From: Eledone cirrhosa
Taxonomy: Eukaryota
Assembly (NCBI GenBank): GCA_964016885.1
Contig: OZ024742.1
Span: 307,148,001 to 307,212,000 of the forward strand
DNA length: 64,000 bases
Reading direction: 5' to 3'
The position numbers were made by a program, and so were the translations under genes. The notes below the pieces were generated by a model. It did no database searches. It saw nothing but the letters and a program-made list of their open reading frames with translations, and had not been told where the DNA came from. This document shows positions 40,201-53,325 of the stretch, piece by piece (position 1 is the first letter of the stretch; each line of letters starts with the position of its first letter).

Positions 40201-43200
40201 ATAGTTAACAATGTTATGTATAGTTAACAATGTTATGTATAGTTAACAGGGTGTTATGTATAGTTAACAGTGTTATGTATGTTAACTATACATAACACCC
40301 TGTTAACTATACATAACACTGAACTATACATAACACCGTTAACTATACATAACACCGTTAACTATACATAACACCGTTAACTATACATAACACTGTTAAC
40401 TATACATATCACTGTTAACTATACATAACACTGTTAACTATACATAACACCCTGTTAACTATCCATAACACTCCGTTAACTATACATAACTCTCTGTTAA
40501 CTATACATAACACCCTGTTAACTAGAGTGTTATGTATAGTTAATAGGGTTATGTATAGTTAACAGTGTTATGTATAGTTAACAGTGATATGTATAGTTAA
40601 CAGGGTGTTATGTATAGTTAACAGTGTTATGTATAGTTAACAGTGTTATGTATAGTTAAGAGGGTGTTATGTATAGTTAACAGGGTGTTATGTATAGTTA
40701 ACAGGGTGTTATGTATAGTTAACAGTGTTATGTATAGTTAACAGTGTTATGTATAATTAAGAGGGTGTTATGTATAGTTAACAGTGTTACGTATAGTTAA
40801 CAGTGTTATGTATGTTAACTATACATAACACCTTGTTGACTATACATAACACTGTTATGTATAGTTAACAGTGTTATGTATAGTTAACAGTGTTATGTAT
40901 AGTTAACAGGGTGTTATGTATAGTTAACAGTGTTATGTATAGTTAACAGTGTTATGAATAGTTAACAATGTTATGTATAGTTAACAATGTTATGTATAGT
41001 TAACAATGTTATGTATAGTTAACAATGTTATGTATAGTTAACAGGGTTTTATGTATAGTTAACAGTGTTATGTATGTTAACTATACATAACACCTTGTTG
41101 ACTATACATAACACTTAACTATACATAACACTGTTAACTATACATAACACTCTGTTAACTATACATAACACCCTGTTAACTATACATAACACTGTTAACT
41201 ATACATAACACCCTGTTAACTATACATAACACCCCGTTAACTATACATAACACCCTGTTAACTATACATAACCCTGTTACCTATACATAACCCTGTTACC
41301 TATACATAACACTGTTAACTATACATAACACTGTTAACTATACATAACACCGTTAACTATACATAACACCCTGTTAACTATCCATAACACTGTTAACTAT
41401 ACATAACTCTCTGTTAACTATACATAACTCTCTGTTAACTATACATAACACTCTGTTAACTATACATAACACATTGTTAACTAGAGTGTTATGTGTAGTT
41501 AACAGTGTTATGTATAGTTAATAGGGTTATGTATAGTTAACAGTGTTATGTATAGTTAACAGTGCTATGTATAGTTAACAGAGCTATGTATAGTTAACAG
41601 GGTGTTATGTATAGTTAACAGAGTGTTATGTATAGTTAACGGTGTTATGTATAGTTAACAGTGTTATGTATAGTTAACAGTGTTATGTATAGTTAACAGA
41701 GGTTATGTATAGTTAACAGGGTGTTACATATAGTTAACGGTGTTATGTATAGTTTACAGTGTTATGTAAAGTTAACAGTGGTAAGTAAAGTTAACAGTGG
41801 TAAATATAGTTAACAGTGTTATGTATAGTTAACAGTGCTATATATAGTTAACAGGGTGTTATGTATAGTTAACAGTGTTATGTATAGTTAACAGGGTATT
41901 ATGTATAGTTAACAGTGTTATGTACAGTTAACAGTGTTATGTATAGTTAACAGTGTTATGTATAGTTAACAGTGTTATGTATAGTTAACAGTGTTATGAA
42001 TAGTTAACAATGTTATGTATAGTTAACAGTATTATGAATAGTTAACAATGTTATGTATAGTTAACAATGTTATGTATAGTTAACAGGGTGTTATGTATAG
42101 TTAACAGTGTTATGTATGTTAACTATACATAACACCTTGTTGACTATACATAACACTGTTAACTATACATAACACTGTTAACTATACATAACACTGTTAA
42201 CTATACATAACACCGTTAACTATACATGACACCGTTAACTATACATAACACCGTTAACTATACATAACACTGTTAACTATACATAACACTGTTAACTATA
42301 CATAACACTGTTAACTATACATAACACCCTGTTAACTATACATAGCACTGTTAACTATACATAACACCCTGTTAACTATACATAACACCCTGTTAACTAT
42401 ACATAACACCCTGTTAACTATCCATAACACTGTTAACTATACATAACACCTTGTTAATTAGAGTGTTATGTATAGTTAACAGAGTGTTATGTATAGTTAA
42501 CAGAGTGTTATGTATAGTTAACAGTGTTATATATAGTTAACAGAGTGTTATGTATAGTTAACAGTGTTATGTATAGTTAACAGAGTTTTATGTATAGTTT
42601 ACAGTGTTATGTAAAGTTAACAGTGGTAAGTATAGTTAACAGTGTTATGTATAGTTAACAGTGTTATGTATAGTTAACAGTGTTATGTATAGTTAACAGT
42701 GTTATGTATAGTTAACAGTGTTGTGTATAGTTAACAGTGTTATGTATAGTTAACAGGAGGTTATGTATAGTTAACAGTGTTATGTATATTTAACAGTGTG
42801 TTATGTATAGTTAACAGGGTGTTATGTATAGTTAACAGAGTGTTATGTATAGTTAATAGTGTTATGTATAGTTAACAGTGTTATGTATAGTTAACAGTGT
42901 TATGTATAGTTAACAGTGCTATGTATAGTTAACAGTGTTATGTAAAGTTAACAGTGGTAAGTATAGTTAACAGGGTGTTATGTATAGTTAACAGTGTTAT
43001 CTATAGTTAACAGGGTGTTATGTATAGTTAACAGTGTTATGTATAGTTAACAGAGCGTTATGTATAGTTAACAGAGTGTTATGTATAGTTAACAGAGTGT
43101 TATGTATAGTTACCAGGGTGTTATGTATAGTTAACAGAGTGTTATGTATAGTTAACAGTGTTATGTATAGTTAACAGTGTTATGTATAGTTAACAGTGCT

Positions 43201-46200
43201 ATGTATAGTTAACAGTGCTATGTATAGTTAACAGTGTTATGTATAGTTAACAGGGTGTTATGTATAGTTAACAGTGTTATGTATAGTTAACAGTGTTATG
43301 TATAGTTAACAGTGTTATGTATAGTTAACAGTGTTATGTATAGTTAACAGTGTTATGTATAGTTAACAGTGTTATGTATAGTCAACAGGGTGTTATGTAT
43401 AGTTAACAGTGTTATGTATAGTTAACAGTGTTATGTATAGTTAACAGTGTGATGTATAGTTAACAGGGTGTTACGTATAGTTAACGGTGTTATGTATAGT
43501 TACCAGTGTTATGTATAGTTAACAGTGGTACGTATAGTTAACAGGGTGTTATGTATAGTTAACAGTGTTATGTATAGTTAACAGTGTTATGTATAGTTAA
43601 CAGTGTTATGTATAGTTAACAGTGTTATGTATAGTTAACAGTGCTATGTATAGTTAACAGGGTGTTATGTATAGTTAACAGTGTTATGTATAGTTACCAG
43701 GGTGTTATGTATAGTTAACAGTGTTATGTATAGTTAACAGGGTGTTATGTATAGTTAACAGTGTTATGTATAGTTAACATAGTGTTATGTATAGTTAACA
43801 GAGTGTTATGTATAGTTAACAGTGTTACGTATAGTTAACAGTGTTATGTATAGTTAACAGTGTTATGTATAGTTAACAGGGTGTTACGTATAGTTAACAG
43901 TGTTATGTATAGTTTACAGTGTTATGTAAAGTTAACAGTGGTAAGTATAGTTAACAGGGTGTTATGTAAAGTTAACAGTGGTAAGTCTAGTTAACAGTGT
44001 TATGTATAGTTAAGAGTGTTATGTATAGTTAAGAGTGTTATGTATAGTTAAGAGTGTTATGTATAGTTAACAGTGTTATGTATAGTTAACAGTGCTATGT
44101 ATAGTTAACAGTGTTATGTATAGTTAACAGTGCTATGTATAGTTAACAGGGTGTTATGTAAAGTTAACAGTGTTATGTATAGTTAACAGGGTGTTATGTA
44201 TAGTTAACAGTGTTATGTATATTTAACAGGGTGTTATGTATAGTTAACAGGGTGTTATGTATAGTTAACAGGGTGTTATGTATAGTTAACAGAGTGTTAT
44301 GTATAGTTAATAGTGTTATGTATAGTTAACAGTGTTATGTATAGTTAACAGTGCTATGTATAGTTAACTCTGTTAACTATATATAACACCCTGTTAACTA
44401 TACATATCACTGTTAACTATACATAGCACTGTTAATTATACATAACACTGTTAACTATACATAACACTGTTAACTATACATAACACTGTTAACTATACAT
44501 AACACTATTAACTATACATAACACTATTAACTATACATAACACTCTGTTAACTATACATAACACCCTGTTAACTATACATAACACCCTGTTAACTATACA
44601 TAACACCCTGTTATGTATATTTAACAGGGTGTTATGTATAGTTAACAGGGTGTTATGTATAGTTAACAGGGTGTTATGTATAGTTAACAGGGTGTTATGT
44701 ATAGTTAACAGTGTTATGTATAGTTAACAGTGTTATGTATAGTTAAGAGGGTGTTATGTATAGTTAACAGTGTTACGTATAGTTAACAGTGTTATGTATG
44801 TTAACTATACATAACACCTTGTTGACTATACATAACAGTGTTATGTATAGTTAACAGTGTTATGTATAGTTAACAGTGTTATGTATAGTTAACAGTGTTA
44901 TGAATAGTTAACAGTGTTATGTATAGTTAACAATGTTATGTATAGTTAACAATGTTATGTATAGTTAACAATGTTATGTATAGTTAACAATGTTATGTAT
45001 AGTTAACAATGTTATGTATAGTTAACAGGGTTTTATGTATAGTTAACAGTGTTATGTATGTTAACTATACATAACACCTTGTTGACTATACATAACACTT
45101 AACTATACATAACACTGTTAACTATACATAACACTCTGTTAACTATACATAACACCCTGTTAACTATACATAACACTGTTAACTATACATAACACCCTGT
45201 TAACTATACATAACACCCCGTTAACTATACATAACACCCTGTTAACTATACATAACCCTGTTACCTATACATAACCCTGTTACCTATACATAACACTGTT
45301 AACTATACATAACACTGTTAACTATACATAACACCGTTAACTATACATAACACCCTGTTAACTATCCATAACACTGTTAACTATACATAACTCTCTGTTA
45401 ACTATACATAACACTCTGTTAACTATACATAACACATTGTTAACTAGAGTGTTATGTGTAGTTAACAGTGTTATGTATAGTTAATAGGGTTATGTATAGT
45501 TAACAGTGTTATGTATAGTTAACAGAGCTATGTATAGTTAACAGGGTGTTATGTATAGTTAACAGGGTGTTATGTATAGTTAACAGAGTGTTATGTATAG
45601 TTAACAGTGTTATGTATAGTTAACAGTGTTATGTATAGTTAACATAGTGTTATGTATAGTTAAGAGTGTTATGTATAGTTAACAGGGTGTTATGTATAGT
45701 TAACAGGCTGTTATGTATAGTTAACAGTGTTATGTATAGTTAACAGTGTTATGTATAGTTAACAGAGGTTATGTATAGTTAACAGGGTGTTACATATAGT
45801 TAACGGTGTTATGTATAGTTTACAGTGTTATGTAAAGTTAACAGTGGTAAGTAAAGTTAACAGTGGTAAATATAGTTAACAGTGTTATGTATAGTTAACA
45901 GTGTTATGTATATTTAACAGTGCTATATATAGTTAACAGGGTGTTATGTATAGTTAACAGTGTTATGTATAGTTAACAGGGTATTATGTATAGTTAACAG
46001 TGTTATGTACAGTTAACAGTGTTATGTATAGTTAACAGTGTTATGTATAGTTAACAGTGTTATGTATAGTTAACAGTGTTATGAATAGTTAACAATGTTA
46101 TGTATAGTTAACAGTATTATGAATAGTTAACAATGTTATGTATAGTTAACAATGTTATGTATAGTTAACAGGGTGTTATGTATAGTTAACAGTGTTATGT

Positions 46201-49200
46201 ATGTTAACTATACATAACACCTTGTTGACTATACATAACACTGTTAACTATACATAACACTGTTAACTATACATAACACTGTTAACTATACATAACACTG
46301 TTAACTATACATAACACCGTTAACTATACATAACACCGTTAACTATACATAACACCGTTAACTATACATAACACTGTTAACTATACATAACACTGTTAAC
46401 TATACATAACACTGTTAACTATACATAACACCCTGTTAACTATACATAGCACTGTTAACTATACATAACACCCTGTTAACTATACATAACACCCTGTTAA
46501 TTATACATAACACCCTGTTAACTATCCATAACACTGTTAACTATACATAACACCTTGTTAACTAGAGTGTTATGTATAGTTAACAGTATTATATATAGTT
46601 AACAGAGTGTTATGTATAGTTAACAGTGTTATGTATAGTTAACAGAGTTTTATGTATAGTTTACAGTGTTATGTAAAGTTAACAGTGGTAAGTATAGTTA
46701 ACAGTGTCATGTATAGTTAACAGTGTTATGTATAGTTAACAGTGTTATGTATAGTTAACAGTGTTATGCATAGTTAACAGTGTTATGTATAGCTAACAGT
46801 GTTATGTATAGTTAACAGGGTGTTATGTATAGTTAACAGTGTTATGTATATTTAACAGTGTGTTATGTATAGTTAACAGGGTGTTATGTATAGTTAACAG
46901 AGTGTTATGTATAGTTAATAGTGTTATGTATAGTTAACAGTGTTATGTATAGTTAACAGTGTTATGTATAGTTAACAGTGCTATGTATAGTTAACAGTGT
47001 TATGTAAAGTTAACAGTGGTAAGTATAGTTAACAGGGTGTTATGTATAGTTAACAGTGTTATCTATAGTTAACAGGGTGTTATGTATAGTTAACAGTGTT
47101 ATGTATAGTTAACAGAGCGTTATGTATAGTTAACAGAGTGTTATGTATAGTTAACAGAGTGTTATGTATAGTTACCAGGGTGTTATGTATAGTTAACAGA
47201 GTGTTATGTATAGTTAACAGTGTTATGTATAGTTAACAGTGTTATGTATAGTTAACAGTGCTATGTATAGTTAACAGTGTTATGTATAGTTAACAGGGTG
47301 TTATGTATAGTTAACAGTGTTATGTATAGTTAACAGTGTTATGTATAGTTAACAGTGTTATGTATAGTTAACAGTGTTATGTATAGTTAACAGTGTTATG
47401 TATAGTTAACAGTGTTATGTATAGTCAACAGGGTGTTATGTATAGTTAACAGTGTTATGTATAGTTAACAGTGTGATGTATAGTTAACAGGGTGTTACGT
47501 ATAGTTAACGGTGTTATGTATAGTTACCAGTGTTATGTATAGTTAACAGTGGTACGTATAGTTAACAGGGTGTTATGTATAGTTAACAGTGTTATGTATA
47601 GTTAACAGTGTTATGTATAGTTAACAGTGTTATGTATAGTTAACAGTGCTATGTATAGTTAACAGGGTGTTATGTATAGTTAACAGTGTTATGTATAGTT
47701 ACCAGGGTGTTATGTATAGTTAACAGTGTTATGTATAGTTAACAGTGTTATGTATAGTTAACATAGTGTTATGTATAGTTAACAGAGTGTTATGTATAGT
47801 TAACAGTGTTACGCATAGTTAACAGTGTTATGTATAGTTAACAGTGTTATGTATAGTTAACAGTGTTATGTATAGTTAACAGGGTGTTACGTATAGTTAA
47901 CAGTGTTATGTATAGTTTACAGTGTTATGTAAAGTTAACAGTGGTAAGTATAGTTAACAGGGTGTTATGTAAAGTTAACAGTGGTAAGTATAGTTAACAG
48001 TGTTATGTATAGTTAAGAGTGTTATGTATAGTTAAGAGTGTTATGTATAGTTAAGAGTGTTATGTATAGTTAACAGTGTTATGTATAGTTAACAGTGCTA
48101 TGTATAGTTAACAGTGCTATGTATAGTTAACAGGGTGTTATGTAAAGTTAACAGTGTTATGTATAGTTAACAGGGTGTTATGTATAGTTAACAGTGTTAT
48201 GTATATTTAACAGGGTGTTATGTATAGTTAACAGGGTGTTATGTATAGTTAACAGGGTGTTATGTATAGTTAACAGAGTGTTATGTATAGTTAATAGTGT
48301 TATGTATAGTTAACAGTGTTATGTATAGTTAACAGTGCTATGTATAGTTAACTCTGTTAACTATATATAACACCCTGTTAACTATACATATCACTGTTAA
48401 CTATACATAGCACTGTTAACTATACATAACACTGTTAACTATACATAACACTATTAACTATACATAACACTATTAACTATACATAACACCCTGTTAACTA
48501 TACATAACACCCTGTTAACTATACATAACACCCTGTTAACTATACATAACTCTGTTAACTATACATAACACCCTGTTATGTATATTTAACAGGGTGTTAT
48601 GTATAGTTAACAGGGTGTTATGTATAGTTAACAGGGTGTTATGTATAGTTAATAGTGTTATGTATAGTTAACAGTGTTATGTATAGTTAACAGTGTTATG
48701 TATAGTTAACAGTGCTATGTATAGTTAACAGTGATATGTATAGTTAACAGGGTGTTATATATAGTTAACAGTGTTATGTATAGTTTAGAGTGTTATGTAA
48801 AGTTAACAGTGGTAAGTATAGTTAACAGTGTTATGTATAGTTAACAGTGTTATGTATAGTTAACAGTGCTATGTATAGTTAACAGTGTTATGTATAGTTA
48901 ATAGTGTTATGTATAGTTAACAGTGTTATGTATAGTTAACAGTGTTATGTATAGTTAACAGTGCTATGTATAGTTAACAGTGCTATGTATAGTTAACAGT
49001 GTTACATATAGTTAACAGTGCTATATATAGTTTACAGTGTTATGTAAAGTTAACAGTGGTAAGTATCGTTAACAGTGTTATGTATAGTTAACAGTGTTAT
49101 GTATAGTTAACAGTGTTATGTATAGTTAACAGTGCTATGTATAGTTAACAGGGAGTTATGTATAGTTAACAGTGTTATGTATAGTTAACAGGGTGTTATG

Positions 49201-52200
49201 TATAGTTAACAGGGTGTTATGTATAGTTAACAGGGTGTTATGTATAGTTAACAGTGTTATGTATATTTAACAGGGTATTATGTATAGTTAACAGGGTGTT
49301 ATGTATAGTTAACAGAGTGTTATGTATAGTTAACAGTGTTATGTATAGTTAACAGGGTGTTATGTATAGTTAACAGTGTTATGTATAGTTAACAGTGTTA
49401 TGTATAGTTAACGGGGTGTTACGTATAGTTAACGGTGTTATGTATAGTTTACAGTGTTATGTAAAGTTAACAGTGGTAAGTATAGTTAACAGTGTTATGT
49501 ATAGTTAACAGTGTTACGTATAGTCAACAGTGTTATGTATAGTTAACAGTGCTATGTATAGTTAATAGGGTGTTATGTATAGTTAACAGTGTTATGTATA
49601 GTTAACAGGGTGTTATGTATAGTTAACAGGGTGTTATGTATAGTTAACAGGGTGTTATGTATAGTTAACAGTGTTATGTATAGTTAACAGTGTTATGTAT
49701 AGTTAACAGTGTTATGTAGAGTTAACAGTGTTATGTAGAGTTAACAGTGTTATGAATAGTTAACAATGTTAAGCATACTTAACAATGTTAAGCATAGTTA
49801 ACAGTGTTATGTATAGTTAACAGGGTGTTATGTATAGTTAACAGTGTTATGTATGTTAACTATACAAACACCTTGTTGACTATACATAACACAACTATAC
49901 ATAACACTGTTAACTATACATAACACTCTGTTAACTATACATAACACCCTGTTAACTATACATAACACCCTGTTAACTATACATAACACCGTTAACTATA
50001 CATAACACCCTGTTAACTATACATAACCCTGTTAACTATACATAACACTGTTAACTATACATAACACTGTTAACTATACATAACACTGTTAACTATACAT
50101 AACACCGTTAACTATACATAACACCCTGTTAACTATCCATAACACTCCGTTAACTATACATAACACTGTTAACTATACATAACACATTGTTAACTAGAGT
50201 GTTATGTATAGTTAACAGTGTTATGTATAGTTAATAGGGTTATGTATAGTTAACAGTGTTATGTATAGTTAACAGGGTGTTATGTATAGTTAACAGTGTT
50301 ATGTATAGTTAACAGTGTTATGTATAGTTAAGAGGGTGTTATGTATAGTTAACAGTGTTATGTATAGTTAACAGGGTGTTATGTATAGTTAACAGTGTTA
50401 TGTATAGTTAACAGGGTGTTATGTATAGTTAACAGTGTTATGTATGTTAACTATACATAACACCTTGTTGACTATACATAACACTTAACTATACATAACA
50501 CTGTTAACTATACATAACACTCTGTTAACTATACATAACACCCTGTTAACTATACATAACACCCTGTTAACTATACATAACACCCTGTTAACTATACATA
50601 ACACTGTTAACTATACATAACACCGTTAACTATACATAACACCCTGTTAAATATACATAACACTGTTAACTATACATAACACTGTTAACTATACATAACA
50701 CTGTTAACTATACATAACACTGTTAACTATACATAACACCCTGTTAACTATACATAACACTGTTAACATACATAACACTGTTAACTATACATAACACCCT
50801 GCTAACTATACACAACACCCTGTTAACTATCCATAACACTCTGTTAACTATACATAACTCTCTGTTAACTATACATAACACCTTGTTAACTAGAGTGTTA
50901 TGTATAGTTAACAGTGTTATGTATAGTTAATAGGGTTATGTATAGTAAACAGGGTGTTATGTATAGTAAACAGAGTGTTATGTATAGTTAACAGAGTGTT
51001 ATGTATAGTTAACAGTGTTATATATAGTTAACAGAGTGTTATGTATAGTTAACAGTGTTATGTATATTTAACAGGGTGTTACATATAGTTAACAGAGTTT
51101 TATGTATAGTTTACAGTGTTATGTATAGTTAACAGTGGTAAGTATAGTTAACAGTGTTATGTATAGTTAACAGTGTTATGTATAGTTAACAGTGTTATGT
51201 ATAGTTAACAGTGTTATGTATAGTTAACAGTGATATGTATAGTTAACAGTGTTATGTATAGTTAACAGTGTTATGTATAGTTAACAGTGCTATGTATAGT
51301 TAACAGGGAGTTATGTATAGTTAACAGTGTTATGTATAGTTAACAGGGTGTTATGTATAGTTAACAGGGTGTTATGTATAGTTAACAGGGTGTTATGTAT
51401 AGTTAACAGTGTTATGTATATTTAACAGGGTATTATGTATAGTTAACAGTGTTATGTATAGTTAACAGGGTGTTATGTATAGTTAACAGTGTTATGTATA
51501 GTTAACAGTGTTATGTATAGTTAACGGGGTGTTACGTATAGTTAACGGTGTTATGTATAGTTTACAGTGTTATGTAAAGTTAACAGTGGTAAGTATAGTT
51601 ATTCAGTGTTATGTATAGTTAACAGTGTTACGTATAGTCAACAGTGTTATGTATAGTTAACAGTGCTATGTATAGTTAATAGGGTGTTATGTATAGTTAA
51701 CAGTGTTATGTATAGTTAACAGGGTGTTATGTATAGTTAACAGGGTGTTATGTATAGTTAACAGGGTGTTATGTATAGTTAACAGTGTTATGTATAGTTA
51801 ACAGTGTTATGTATAGTTAACATTGTTATGTAGAGTTAACAGTGTTATGTAGAGTTAACAGTGTTATGAATAGTTAACAATGTTAAGCATAGTTAACAAT
51901 GTTATGTATAGTTAACAGGGTGTTATGTATAGTTAACAGTGTTATGTATGTTAACTATACAAACACCTTGTTGACTATACATAACACAACTATACATAAC
52001 ACTGTTAACTATACATAACACTCTGTTAACTATACATAACACCCTGTTAACTATACATAACACCCTGTTAACTATACATAACACCGTTAACTATACATAA
52101 CACCCTGTTAACTATACATAACCCTGTTAACTATACATAACACTGTTAACTATACATAACACTGTTAACTATACATAACACTGTTAACTATACATAACAC

Positions 52201-53325
52201 TGTTAACTATACATAACACCCTGTTAACTATCCATAACACTCCGTTAACTATACATAACACTCTGTTAACTATACATAACACATTGTTAACTAGAGTGTT
52301 ATGTATAGTTAACAGTGTTATGTATAGTTAATAGGGTTATGTATAGTTAACAGTGTTATGTATAGTTAACAGGGTGTTATGTATAGTTAACAGTGTTATG
52401 TATAGTTAACAGTGTTATGTATAGTTAAGAGGGTGTTATGTATAGTTAACAGTGTTATGTATAGTTAACAGGGTGTTATGTATAGTTAACAGTGTTATGT
52501 ATGTTAACTATACATAACACCTTGTTGACTATACATAACACTTAACTATACATAACACTGTTAACTATACATAACACTCTGTTAACTATACATAACACCC
52601 TGTTAACTATACATAACACCCTGTTAACTATACATAACACTGTTAACTATACATAACACCGTTAACTATACATAACACCCTGTTAAATATACATAACACT
52701 GTTAACTATACATAACACCCTGTTAACTATACATAACACTGTTAACATACATAACACTGTTAACTATACATAACACCCTGCTAACTATACACAACACCCT
52801 GTTAACTATCCATAACACTCTGTTAACTATACATAACTCTCTGTTAACTATACATAACACCTTGTTAACTAGAGTGTTATGTATAGTTAACAGTGTTATG
52901 TATAGTTAATAGGGTTATGTATAGTAAACAGGGTGTTATGTATAGTTAACAGAGTGTTATGTATAGTTAACAGTGTTATATATAGTTAACAGAGTGTTAT
53001 GTATAGTTAACAGTGTTATGTATATTTAACGGTGTTACGTATAGTTAACAGAGTTTTATGTATAGTTTACAGTGTTATGTAAAGTTAACAGTGGTAAGTA
53101 TAGTTAACAGTGTTATGTATAGTTAACAGTGTTATGTATAGTTAACAGTGTTATGTATAGTTAACAGTGTTATGTATAGTTAACAGTGTTATGTATAGTT
53201 AACAGTGTTATGTATAGTTAACAGTGTTATGTATTATTAACATGGTGTTATTTATTATTAACATCGTGTCATGTATAATTAACAGGTAGTTATATATTAA
53301 TAACAGTGTTATGTATAATTAACAG
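25298..53325. repeat. ~28 kb tandem satellite of a 19-21 bp unit (GTGTTATGTATAGTTAACA plus GG/GA variants) with internal inverted blocks
   Basis: Directly visible; nearly every unit carries palindromic GTTAAC; no ORF in the track between 25322 and 53306; about 22 reverse-oriented blocks. Confidence 0.99.

Noticed and set aside
25298-53325. CRISPR array or telomeric repeat
   Set aside because: Units abut with only 0-2 variable bases and no unique spacers; no cas genes; not TTAGGG-like; eukaryotic intron context
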